A stretch of DNA of 63,176 nucleotides, counting the filler, from Halocafeteria seosinensis (lineage: Eukaryota), in the NCBI GenBank assembly GCA_001687465.1. It is 7 parts of 7 records of this genome, joined end to end, with 100 filler letters (N's around TTAATTAATTAA, not from the genome) between each part and the next. Parts side by side here need not be neighbours in the genome. Positions count along the whole stretch, not along the records: positions 1 to 3,268 come from LVLI01000065.1; positions 3,369 to 27,193 come from LVLI01000068.1; 5 more parts are not named here. One strand, given 5' to 3'. The first letter of the stretch is position 1. Each line of letters opens with the position of its first letter. The notes under the pieces were generated by a model. It did not search any database and was not told the origin of the DNA. It saw only the letters and a list, made by a program, of their open reading frames with translations. Of the stretch, positions 1 to 9,728 are shown one piece after another. The position numbers and the translations under genes were made by a program.

Positions 1-2
1 GA

Positions 3-554
3 AGGAAACTATTTGAAAATGTAAGCCGACCTATTTATAATCAATCCCGAATTATAGGGGTTAATAACGATGTTGTTTATATTCAACCGATTGATGCTTA
101 CGAAACTTGTATCTTTTTTAGCTTACCTAATAAGTTTGTTCAGAATCCAGACCCAACAAAATCTTACCAACTACCACAAATTGAAGATATTGACAATATC
201 ATTAGAGACCCAAAATATCAAATGGCTTTAATTCATCTTTTGATTGAAGCTTTTGAACCGGAAAAACCGGTTCCTTCTAAAGCTTTAAAATCTGAAAAAG
301 AAGACATAGAAGAAGACCAGAAAACATTTGATGGGGTATTTAAGGAATATTACGAAATAACGTTTAGCCCTAATGATAGGGTGAAGAATTCTGAAATTAC
401 TAACTTAATGAAGGAACAGTTAGGTTATACTCCTCAAAGAACCAATTCGTTGCTCCAAAATCAATATAAATTACAGGAAATCAAATCTAAAGGACAGAAA
501 TTTAGAACCGGTCTAAAGGTAAAAGAACAGAACGATAATTTAGATAATTTTTAA
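3..554 (+). CDS. C-terminal part of a D5-like/SF3 primase-helicase (5'-truncated at window edge)
   Basis: The frame is open from base 3: RKLFENVSRPIYNQSRIIGVNNDVVYIQPIDAYETCIFFSLPNKFVQNP. This resembles the motif C/arginine-finger region of D5-like helicases and is followed by a winged-helix-like tail. Walker A/B are not in the window. Confidence 0.65.
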   Translation, partial: RKLFENVSRPIYNQSRIIGVNNDVVYIQPIDAYETCIFFSLPNKFVQNPDPTKSYQLPQIEDIDNIIRDPKYQMALIHLLIEAFEPEKPVPSKALKSEKEDIEEDQKTFDGVFKEYYEITFSPNDRVKNSEITNLMKEQLGYTPQRTNSLLQNQYKLQEIKSKGQKFRTGLKVKEQNDNLDNF

Positions 555-559
555 AGCAC

Positions 560-830
560 GGTGGGGGTCAAAAAATTTAATTTCTGTCCCCCTCCCTGTA
601 TAACAAGGGTGAAAACGCCTAACATATAAGGGGGGGACAAGGACAAAATTTTTTATAATATATATATATAAAAACATAATAAGCATATACTCTCTTTTAG
701 TTTGTATATATATAATGTAAATTTTTTTGTCCCTTTTATCCCTTTTGTCCCTAAATGGGGTTTATATCGCAATTACATAGGAGGGCAGAAAATAAATTTC
801 TGCCCTCTAAATTATTTTCTGCCCTAATAG
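560..830. promoter_or_regulatory. Iteron-like, inverted-repeat-rich intergenic region (putative replication origin and/or terminator)
   Basis: GGGACAA/GGACAAAA (634-648) face three tandem TTTT(G/A)TCCC 9-mers (725-751) across a (TA)n-rich core. There is also a perfect hairpin GAGGGCAGAAA-ATAAA-TTTCTGCCCTC (781-807). Confidence 0.5.
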
Positions 831-835
831 GTATA

Positions 836-949
836 ATGAAGGATAAGAAGATAAAGGATTATGAAATAGATTTCTCTAAGATAGCCGATAAAGCTGTTAG
901 AATTGCTCAAGTAATATATTTAAATATAATGGATTATTTGGATGATTAG
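836..949 (+). CDS. Small hypothetical protein (37 aa, MKDKKIKDYEIDF...)
   Basis: The ATG sits in a TATAATG context like other genes of the virus-like blocks, and the stop overlaps the integrase stop. No recognisable domain. Confidence 0.3.
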   Translation: MKDKKIKDYEIDFSKIADKAVRIAQVIYLNIMDYLDD

Positions 950-2094
950 TTCCGCTTCCGTCTCCTGAAATCGTCCATTAATTGCTTGAATTCGTCGGGT
1001 GTGAGGTCTTCCTTGATGTTATTTTCTGGCTCAATAGTCGCTTCACTAACGGGAAACCCTACCCATTTCACCTTAAGAAATGTCTTTCTATTTGTGGTGA
1101 ACTTGTCAAGTATTCGTTCCACTCTAAAGCGAACGTCAACACGGTCTTTATTCTCAACTCTATTAATTTTTTGAAGTAAGTTTCGTCCATAAAAACCTTT
1201 AGCAATTTTTCCTGAATCTTGGTTCTTGATTCTATAAGCTACTGCTTGAGTATTCTGTTTTGGACGGTTAACTGCGACAATTTTGTACAATTCCATACTC
1301 CAATTTATAGGGTCTTTCTGAATCTTTCTTGGTTCTAAAGCTAGTCTAACAATATCTCCTTTGCTTAAGTTATCCTTATCTTGATTGAGGTTTAAAACCC
1401 TGTTTTGTCTAAGATTGGTTTTGACAAAACCTTGATTTTTTGGTTGAATAGCTTGAAGGGGTGAAAGTTCAGTACTACTGTGTTTGCTAGCATTATAATT
1501 ATTAACTATCTTATTTACTGTTGATTGGTCAATATCGGAACCCACCATTCCAGCTTTTCTTATTGCTCGTTTGAATGTTCCATTGAATCGTTCTACAATT
1601 GAATTGGATTGAGGATTTCCAGCGATTGAAAATAGTTGCTTTATTCCTTCGGCTTTGAAAAAACTAGAAAGAATTCTATTCTTAAACTCTGAACCATTGT
1701 CAGATAAAATAGTCCTTGGTTTCTTTGGTAATCTGTCTAAAATATTTTCAATACCTTCTTTGACAGTTTCGGCGTTCTTATCATTAATAATTTCTACAAA
1801 AGCCATTCTAGAAAATACATCAATTATGACTAAGAAAATGAAATCCCCTGAAGATGATAAGTCCATTGCCATAATGTTAAAAGGAGCGTTAGCGGTCATA
1901 CTTCTTGTTCCTCTAGTAGATGGGTTTAATGGCCTAGTTAATTGATATAAATATTGAGCTCTGAGCCAATCCTCAACTTTCTTTCTAGGAATTTTAAGTC
2001 CTTTAGCTTGGGTAATTTCAAAAAGTTTATCACGACCAAAAAAGTTACCCTCGTCATAATAAACTTTTTCCAATTTTTGTTCGTCAGTTACCAT
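946..2094 (-). CDS. Retroviral-type (rve) DDE integrase with C-terminal chromodomain, Polinton/virophage type
   Basis: Catalytic motifs MAMDL...IIDVFSR, ILSDNGSEF and PQSNSIVERFNGTFK; YNASKHSST; Polinton-like C-terminal GDIVRL...NWS.ELY; chromo-like FRVERILDK...LKVKWVGFPVSEATIEP. Stand-alone gene with no RT or Gag. Confidence 0.92.
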   Translation of the reverse strand: MVTDEQKLEKVYYDEGNFFGRDKLFEITQAKGLKIPRKKVEDWLRAQYLYQLTRPLNPSTRGTRSMTANAPFNIMAMDLSSSGDFIFLVIIDVFSRMAFVEIINDKNAETVKEGIENILDRLPKKPRTILSDNGSEFKNRILSSFFKAEGIKQLFSIAGNPQSNSIVERFNGTFKRAIRKAGMVGSDIDQSTVNKIVNNYNASKHSSTELSPLQAIQPKNQGFVKTNLRQNRVLNLNQDKDNLSKGDIVRLALEPRKIQKDPINWSMELYKIVAVNRPKQNTQAVAYRIKNQDSGKIAKGFYGRNLLQKINRVENKDRVDVRFRVERILDKFTTNRKTFLKVKWVGFPVSEATIEPENNIKEDLTPDEFKQLMDDFRRRKRN

Positions 2095-2124
2095 ATATTT
2101 TATACTAAAAGCAGTATAAAATAT
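2095..2124. terminator. Perfect 12-bp intergenic hairpin
   Basis: ATATTTTATACT-AAAAGC-AGTATAAAATAT lies between the stop of the 259-aa gene and the integrase ATG. Confidence 0.5.
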
Positions 2125-2138
2125 TTAATTAGCTAAAA

Positions 2139-2918
2139 TTAAGCGATTTCGTGAATATACAAACGTCTTTCCTCAACGTTTGACATAGCAGAACTTTCAA
2201 TTCGGTCATTTGCTCCAGTATTCTTATATAACCATAAATTGGGACCTTCGGCTCCATAAGCCCTTAAATGAACACTAGTAATATCATTACTGTTTTGAAG
2301 ATGTTCTAGTTTTATTGGGGCATAAGTTAGTTTAACTATATAATGTGTTGGGTCTTTAGCAGCTTCAAATGAAGGGTTTGAAGCACTACTTCGGTCATTT
2401 CCAGTTCCGCTTAAGACGTCATCAATGGCTTCACGGGAACCGGTAGCGTGATTTAGAAGATATAAAGTTCCAGAATCATCTTGTAGCATTAGATAATCTC
2501 CTGCCTGACTGCTATTTTCTATGAGCTCAAATTGAGTACCGTTACTGTTAGCATCTGAACCATCTAAATCTTCATTACTAGCATAAGCACTGACCCTATA
2601 TTCAGAACTACCAGAGTCCCAAGCGTAGTAACCGGCATCATCCCCCAGAATAAAGCTTCCGGAAGGGGCGGTTACGTCAACCACCAAAGCTTGAAGTAAT
2701 GCTTCTAAATCTTTATTTCTTCCACTATCTATATGATTAGATTTGCTATCAACATTGTTAGCACTAGTCTGAGCATTATCGGCAGATGTTTGAGCATTAT
2801 CAGCAGATGTTTGAGCATTATCAGCCTTGCTATCAGCTTGACCAGCTAGCGACAAAGCACTGTTAGCTAAAGTGTTGTTATGGATGGAGAATCCACGTTC
2901 TACGTTACTTCCACTCAT
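2139..2918 (-). CDS. Hypothetical viral fibre-like protein with heptad (ADNAQTS)n coiled-coil stalk
   Basis: Intronless 259-aa ORF with three 21-bp repeats (about 2761-2823) encoding ADNAQTS, followed by a beta-rich C-terminal region. Confidence 0.55.
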   Translation of the reverse strand: MSGSNVERGFSIHNNTLANSALSLAGQADSKADNAQTSADNAQTSADNAQTSANNVDSKSNHIDSGRNKDLEALLQALVVDVTAPSGSFILGDDAGYYAWDSGSSEYRVSAYASNEDLDGSDANSNGTQFELIENSSQAGDYLMLQDDSGTLYLLNHATGSREAIDDVLSGTGNDRSSASNPSFEAAKDPTHYIVKLTYAPIKLEHLQNSNDITSVHLRAYGAEGPNLWLYKNTGANDRIESSAMSNVEERRLYIHEIA

Positions 2919-2974
2919 TCTTTTGTTTTATTATATATCTTTGTAAATATAATAAATTTTTTTAGTGAAATTAA

Positions 2975-3253
2975 TTAACCACCACCTCCTATAGTTGTTC
3001 CATTTTCAAATTCTATAATATAGGTTTGCTTTAGGTAATTTACATAAGTTTCTAGCTCTGTAACTCTAGTCTTTAGTTGGTTAATTTCGTCTAACAAATT
3101 GCTAACATCATCACCTAGGAGGTCAACTAGTTTAAGTTTTCCTTCTTGTAATGTTAATCCACTTCCAAGTTTAATTTTTTGGGTTATTTTATCGGGGTGG
3201 AAGTATTTTAAATTAATTGTTTGGTCGGAATCTAAAATTTGACTAACGGCCAT
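2975..3253 (-). CDS. Small hypothetical viral protein with a beta-spiral-like repeat and coiled coil
   Basis: IKLGSGLTLQEGKL resembles an adenovirus-fibre-shaft repeat; LLDEINQLKTRVTELETYVNYLK is heptad-like. Co-oriented with the neighbouring genes. Confidence 0.55.
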   Translation of the reverse strand: MAVSQILDSDQTINLKYFHPDKITQKIKLGSGLTLQEGKLKLVDLLGDDVSNLLDEINQLKTRVTELETYVNYLKQTYIIEFENGTTIGGGG

Positions 3254-3268
3254 TCCTCTATATATTGG

Positions 3269-3368
3269 NNNNNNNNNNNNNNNNNNNNNNNNNNNNNNNN
3301 NNNNNNNNNNNNTTAATTAATTAANNNNNNNNNNNNNNNNNNNNNNNNNNNNNNNNNNNNNNNNNNNN
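3269..3368. other. Artificial 100-bp linker (N-run/TTAATTAATTAA/N-run)
   Basis: The same structure occurs six times; the 12-mer gives stops in all six frames. Confidence 0.99.
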
Positions 3369-3607
3369 CCCCCTCCTCCGCGTGCACTGGCACCACCCCC
3401 TCCACCTACCAAGAATACATCAACACAGTACACATGCTGGGGCACTCTCCATGTTTGCCAACCCACGGACGTAAATTCTATTTCTTTCTCAGGTCCAATA
3501 TCTGCCTGTTTACTGGATGCTGGCGTACAATGCATCGCAAACAATAATAGGAGAATGCCGATCCTAAAAACACCGGAGAATTCACAATTCAAAAGATTGT
3601 CTATCAT
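3369..3607 (-). CDS. N-terminus of a secreted glycine-rich-domain protein (truncated at linker)
   Basis: Signal-like IGILLLLFAMHCTPAS, then EFTSVGWQTWRVPQHVYCVDVFLVGGGGG, the usual start of glycine-rich domains. Confidence 0.65.
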
Positions 3608-6600
3608 CACTCATCCATAGAGTCGATTGCGCGATGTGGAGATCTTGTTTGTGACTATCGCCAAATCAAAGTACCTTGGCTCAAACTCCTTGTGTCTTGA
3701 GGTGGGTTTCTGGACTTTGCTATAAGCGTGTACAGTGTTCAGATATCCTGGCCTGAACAAGATAGAAATGACGCCTCCGTGCCGCCGCGGCCTTTGGTTT
3801 TCACGGTGCGAATGGGTAAGTGGTAATCCTGGAAAAACGCTGTTAGATACCTTAGTGTCACAGAAAGAGAGAAGCAAGGGCTGTAGCTGGACGTCGACCT
3901 CAATCGCTTCAAAATGTAAATCCAGTCTTAACCCAATTGGCAATAGCTGCCCCCATTAGAGCCCGACTACAGCGGAGTAGTAACTTTGAGAAGGCTTGAG
4001 AATGCCCTCTTGCGTTGTTTCACGAGTTATGTTTCTGTGGTTCTTGTTGTTGTATTTCCCTGTCATATATGAACAACCCAGAGTACCAGGTATTCCAGTC
4101 GTACTTAGCGAAACAATTGTGAGGCACTAACTGACAGCGCGGCTTGAACTGCACGTCCTGGAACCCGCACGCATGTCATCTGAGGTGATGACGGAACAGT
4201 CGCCATTCGCTGAAGGACTGCAATTTACAGCCTGTAGAATTTATGTCCTATTTAGTGCATGCGATGGTTCCGAGCTCAAAGAAGCAGCAGCACAGTGCCC
4301 CATACTCATGGCATACCACATACATGCAAGACTGTACTGGTTGAAGAGAAAAGTGCGAATGAGTCCTACAGACTGACTTCCACTGTAATGATACATATGT
4401 ATCGCATATACTTTACTAAACTGGATTATGAAAATATTCAGTGTATATTGTGTGCAGAATAGCGCCATTCGCTGAAGGACGGTAATTTAGTGCATGCGAT
4501 CGTTCGGGTAAAAAATGGGGATGGCCAAAAATGGATCTCATTCCACAACTAGTATGACAACGTACGGGTACCACCATTCGATAGATAATATCATTACGAT
4601 CCCAACTATGTCATTGTACGTTTCGTTTCTCCTCTTCCTCGTGAGTGACGACTGAGCCAAGTACAGCTGGTTTGCGTAAGTTTCATGGCCATTACGTGGT
4701 CAATATCGAAGGCTTCCAGTCAATTTCAAGACTTCAGTGTCTCTTCAGTATACTCACACAGAAAGAATAGAGTCTTAACTCCTTTTAGAAGCCAAGTAAT
4801 AAACTGTTGCAAATGGCGTGTTTTCCGAACGACAGTGCTCCTCGCCGCTGGGATGGGTAAGTATACATCAGAAGAGAAGAGACACTGGCGCTACCGTAGA
4901 CAAGATGAAGAGCATGTATAATGTCAAAGCTATGGATTAGTGTCAGTGTCCGATAGCCAAGGATGGCTGGAGATTGAATCCACTAAGCGAGTGGAACACT
5001 GGAACCCGTCAGCAGTTCTTACATCAAAATTCAAATCGGACAAACTCCGTTGCTTTCAGGGTTAAATACGAGTCAAAGCAATGGTCAAAGTGCTGTTGAT
5101 GCTTTTCTTTCCACTGTGTGTATGCGCTGCGTTACACAATAGGCAGGACCGTAATCGAAGGTGTTCACTGTGGTGACTGGACATTGTACAGATGCTGGAG
5201 ATATCAGTTAGGCTTTAGGTATGCACATGCAGGTCTGCTGCCTTGTTGTCTTGTGCCAATTTCAAATCAGTTTGAAAGGCAGTCGGACGCTGGCTGAAGC
5301 AGTTCGTGTGGACACCAGATTGATTTGTCTTACCGGTAATCTTGGACGGAACAGCACAAGTCGGTGCCCAATTGCTCGCCGATCGCCGGGAACTGGAAAT
5401 CGATATTCTCTACAGACTCGGGAACTGTACATACGAGCGTTCGCCCATTCTCCACGATTCTCTGGTGGTCTGCTGAAAGTGATTATTCTCCGCAAGCTCG
5501 GGACCGCATCGTGGAATTGAGCGGAACAGCGGAAACATCGGAGACTGTGGACGTAAGGCCAAATATGGTTTTAACCGGTGAGATCCAAGAATGATTACGT
5601 ACAGGACTACGGGGGACTTGGTTTGTTAACAGTACCTATAACGATGAAGAACAACAACGTCCGGTACATCAGGCTCATGAGACCTGCCGGCGGTCGCCTG
5701 CAAGTTGCAACTTTCCTCCACAGGCCGGAACAGAACGAGTTCTCGTAATCAGACGAGAAGCCATTTTTGGGCCAACCACCTCCTGATGCGTGTTTCTAGC
5801 AAAGTACTGCTCGCTTGCTTGGCCTCCATCACCACCTGCAGTGCACAGCATTGCTGGCCGCATGCTGCATTTACCGGTAGTAATGCTCAATACAGCGTAT
5901 GAGGAGAGGCGTAGCCTGCACTTACTATCGTTGAAGATGGATACACACCATATATCATACAGTATGGGGATCCATCTTGTGTTTAGATAATCGTGTACCA
6001 TAATCCCTGGAACAATCGGTGACTGGTACAGTAGCGCATGCGTAGATTCCAGCTTCACAGCTGGCATTCCATCGCATACAGTATTTGGGCGCACCCGAAT
6101 GGAATGAATAAGCACCCAAGAAGGATGGTGCAGATGCGGTAGACGTGTATCCTATTCTCTATTCCGGGGCGCATCTAGTAGGAGCAACTTGGATGGTTTT
6201 ATGCTCGACTGGTGCCCTTGGTGTTTTCGTTGCGGAGGAAGAGCTGCATATGTATGGGGTAGGAACCCCGGGTGCGAAATTCGCAAACCGAGAAGAATCA
6301 GAGTGTTTCCTATATACAATTATGCCATCCATCGACTCATCGGACTCTGCTGCACCAGTAAACGGCTTTAAGAGAGAGATCGCTGCTAAAACGAGCCTGC
6401 AGCGGTTCTCTCCAAGCAAGGGGCAGAAGGAGGAACGCCAGCGGATATAGCACCTAGATCATACTCATAAAGAGCTTTTGTCTGGAACATTTGGTTCATG
6501 TTGTTTCAATGTTTTAATTTGAGCGCTAGTACAATACATATGTATAGCACATCCATCTGCTGATCGACAAAATGGTCAGCTGAACGGTGCATGTTCAGGA

Positions 6601-7145
6601 TGCTAGAGGCATGGGTACAAGCTCCGCGGAGTACCCCTAAGGACTATGCTATAATTCCAGAATCGTAGAAAGCACTCGCTGGGATTGTAAATCCATCCCG
6701 TTCTGGTTCAGCGCGAACATCCGCTTTCCGCATTCAGTTTCCGGAAGCCGAACTTCCCATGGTGCTCTGAGGAACCTTAAAAATACAATATTGTACAATT
6801 TAAGTTGCTTGAATATGTGGAGTAAGAAATAATGCCATTTAGTTGCCTGTGGGGGGAAGCACCACCGCCATTGAATACATTGCGGTATATTCCCCGCCAG
6901 ACCTTGGGGACTAGAACTCCGGCCCAGCAAGACACAGGGTACTACAGTCTTCTGCTCAATGAATGCATGAAGCTATTGTTGCTCACCGTCAGATTTTTTT
7001 TTGTTTTCGCTTCTACCTGCTTCGAATCTGTGGTGCTTTATATGCGCAATCTTGTGTGAGTAGCACCTGATTCATTGAGCAGAGCTCTTTCTATCTGTAA
7101 ATTCCGCGGCTGCCTGAAACCAGAACAGGAGCCGCTCAAGGCAGT

Positions 7146-9728
7146 ATGCCCTGCCAGTATCATAATGGTGGTAAACTATCGGGATATACCACGCCACGGA
7201 CGCCCTCATCTTGTACCTCAAAATCTGCATTGAGTGCATTTCTTGTGGGTGCCACTTGGGCACTCTTATGCGCGCTAGCGGACCATGTGGTCCGTGTCCT
7301 TGTCTTGCTCTTTGAGAGTACAGGTGGTACGACCTCAAGAAAGCCCATACACTATGCTGGAACCGGTTGCCGAAGCCACGGACAGGAAGTTCGAGCACGG
7401 GAACTCATGTCTACCGACATTACTGGAGAGAACGGCAAATTCGTATCGTGCCTTGCAGCGGACTCCAGAGCTGCACTTGCAAGCGCTGGAAGTGGGAGTT
7501 CGCAATACCCTTCCTTCCACTGGCACTGGAGTCCAAATGATTTTGACCTAGTTGCTGATGGAAGCAACTCTAAGAGCTCCAGTAGAAGGCGAATGAAATT
7601 TAGTTATTTCCTGCTTGTAACCGTATTATCGATGGTAGCTGGTGCAGTGGACAACTTATCAATGGAGGCAATTGCCCGCATGAGCAGCGAAGAAGTTGTC
7701 TGCCGACAGTCACTATTAGCAGCACACCAGGAAGGCAGTGAAACGCAGCAATACAAAACGAAAGGGAAAGCTAGAAACTTGTTGGTAAAGCTAATGCCGA
7801 GAAAAAATTGGTTGCTACCCATTCTCACTGTAGCTGTTTTGCTGAGCATATTGGTTCTAACTCTACCAGTGAGCACGGCATCAGATTTGCGGGAGAGTAT
7901 TTTGGACGGGAACGAAACATGTTTCAATTACAACTCAGATAAGAAATTATTTCAGATGAATTGTAACGTGTTAGACTGGGTAGCCAAGGGATATGTAAAG
8001 GACACCTATATCTCTCTCGGTGCTGAGGAAACATTTGATGGGGGAGGACGTGATGGGAACACGATCAGCTTAACTGATGTCACAGATTTTGAAGGGCTAT
8101 TCATAATGATTGAAGACACTGTACAATCATTTGCTGACGCCCCGATAATTCAGAATGTTCATGTCAAGGGCGGTACAACTGCGGAAGACGCAGGATTTAT
8201 TGTACAAGCAAGTCAGCGCTTCTTCATTGTGGATTCTTGTAGCTCAACTGGAGATATTACTAAGCAGCATAGTGGTGGTATCTGTGGCTACAGATGTGGT
8301 TCCAGTTTTGGCGAAATCAAAATTTCAAACTCGTATTCGACAGGGAACATACTGGCAGATCGTTCTGGTGGTATCGTGGGGCACCAGCTGGGGTACCGCG
8401 GTGGTAGGGCGCATATTTCAAGATGTAGTTCCCATGGGAATATTGAAGCGTCAAACTCAGGAGGGATTTCTGGAAGCCAGGCTGCTCGCCTTAACGGACG
8501 AGTATACATCATGCAATCGTTCTCTACGGGAAACATCATCAAAAACATTCATACTACCCGCAGTGGTGGCATTGTGGGCTCGTATGCTGGTCAGAAAGGG
8601 GGATTTGTTCAAATTCAAGAATGCTATAGCACTGGGAAAATATCGTCTGCAGGGAGTGGTGGGATTACAGGGGGTGTTGCAGCGCTCGATCGGGGTGAAG
8701 TGCATATTACAGACTGTTACACTGCCGGTGAGATTGAAGGTGATGGGACTCCTGGAGGAATCACTGGAGAATTGACAGGTGGACAGGGCATTTTCGCAAC
8801 AGGTTCCGTGTATATCGAAAATACATATGCGAGCGGTGCGGTTGTTACAACTAGTGGTTGGGGAGGGATTGTCGGAAGTATATCCTCAAGTGCAAGCGGT
8901 GTAATTTCGGTGGTATATTCAGTCTACGCTAATCGCACCGACAAGGCAGCAACTATCGTAGGACAAGATGATGGAAACGTACTTAACGCTACCGGCAATT
9001 CAGGTAATTTAGAAGATATTCGAGGTCAACTCTATCATTATAAGGGGGTTCAGCGATGGAAGCAGGGTATCTGGACGCTAAACCGAAGCGACAGCTTACC
9101 AATTCTGTGTTTTCAAGTACCATGTCCAACCCCGAGCCCTTCACTTACCCCTACGGCATCTGCGACAACGTCTCCATCTAGCTCGAAGAGTCCATCATCA
9201 TCCTCGTCACCATCCGCGTCAGGCTTGGGGACAATGTCTCCATCTAGCTCGAAGAGTCCATCATCATCCTCGACACCATCCGCGTCAGGCTTGGGGACAA
9301 TGTCTCCATCTAGTTCAGCGAGTCCATCATCCTCCTCGACACCATCCGCGTCAGGCTTGGGGACAAAGTCTCCATCAAGCTCAGCGAGTCCATCATCCTC
9401 CTCGACACCATCCGCGTCAGGCTTGGGGACAAAGTCTCCATCAAGCTCAGCGAGTCCATCGTCATCCTCGACGCCATCCGCATCAGACTTGGGGAGTACC
9501 GAAACGGCAACGGGCACCTCCACATCCACTGGTACGCAGACACCTTCAACAACACGTTCCCATAGAGTAGACTTCACTCAATCGTCTACAATCATGCCAA
9601 CCACCGATCTCACTAATTCCGCACGAGTCATGGCCCTTAGGAGTGTAATTCCTGGACAACGACCCTGTCGGTTTGTGACACGGTTCTCTAGGACCAAGCA
9701 GCAGAAGGAGAATCGCGCGCGCCTGTGA
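7146..9728 (+). CDS. Secreted GLUG-repeat protein with Ser/Pro/Thr mucin-like tail (true start probably 7794 or 7593)
   Basis: About eight repeats of the form YSTGxI...SGGI(V/T)G; signal-like MPRKNWLLPILTVAVLLSILVLTLPVSTA; Ser-rich C-terminal repeats. Confidence 0.85.
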   Translation: MPCQYHNGGKLSGYTTPRTPSSCTSKSALSAFLVGATWALLCALADHVVRVLVLLFESTGGTTSRKPIHYAGTGCRSHGQEVRARELMSTDITGENGKFVSCLAADSRAALASAGSGSSQYPSFHWHWSPNDFDLVADGSNSKSSSRRRMKFSYFLLVTVLSMVAGAVDNLSMEAIARMSSEEVVCRQSLLAAHQEGSETQQYKTKGKARNLLVKLMPRKNWLLPILTVAVLLSILVLTLPVSTASDLRESILDGNETCFNYNSDKKLFQMNCNVLDWVAKGYVKDTYISLGAEETFDGGGRDGNTISLTDVTDFEGLFIMIEDTVQSFADAPIIQNVHVKGGTTAEDAGFIVQASQRFFIVDSCSSTGDITKQHSGGICGYRCGSSFGEIKISNSYSTGNILADRSGGIVGHQLGYRGGRAHISRCSSHGNIEASNSGGISGSQAARLNGRVYIMQSFSTGNIIKNIHTTRSGGIVGSYAGQKGGFVQIQECYSTGKISSAGSGGITGGVAALDRGEVHITDCYTAGEIEGDGTPGGITGELTGGQGIFATGSVYIENTYASGAVVTTSGWGGIVGSISSSASGVISVVYSVYANRTDKAATIVGQDDGNVLNATGNSGNLEDIRGQLYHYKGVQRWKQGIWTLNRSDSLPILCFQVPCPTPSPSLTPTASATTSPSSSKSPSSSSSPSASGLGTMSPSSSKSPSSSSTPSASGLGTMSPSSSASPSSSSTPSASGLGTKSPSSSASPSSSSTPSASGLGTKSPSSSASPSSSSTPSASDLGSTETATGTSTSTGTQTPSTTRSHRVDFTQSSTIMPTTDLTNSARVMALRSVIPGQRPCRFVTRFSRTKQQKENRARL
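9171..9495 (+). repeat. Five tandem 66-bp coding repeats (SPSSSxSPSSSSTPSASGLGTx)
   Basis: Units start at 9171, 9237, 9303, 9369 and 9435. Confidence 0.95.

Larger units (their letters stand above)
1..3268. mobile_element. Fragment of a Polinton-like/virophage-type integrating DNA virus
   Basis: SF3 helicase tail, stand-alone rve integrase and fibre-like ORFs; compact, intronless and visibly more AT-rich than the host blocks. No capsid, pPolB or termini are visible. Confidence 0.75.

Noticed and set aside
755..835. Longer 64-aa version of the ORF ending at 949
   Set aside because: The extension runs through the hairpin/iteron region; the ATG at 836 has the better context.
3313..3324. TTAATTAATTAA palindrome as a biological motif
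   Set aside because: It is the centre of an artificial linker repeated six times; ORF ends falling there are artefacts.
5221..6450. Cluster of short ORFs suggesting a gene
   Set aside because: No recognisable motif or consistent frame; could be a decayed gene but cannot be supported.
9113..9577. Acidic repeat ORF on the minus strand
   Set aside because: Antisense shadow of the Ser-rich repeats of the GLUG protein.
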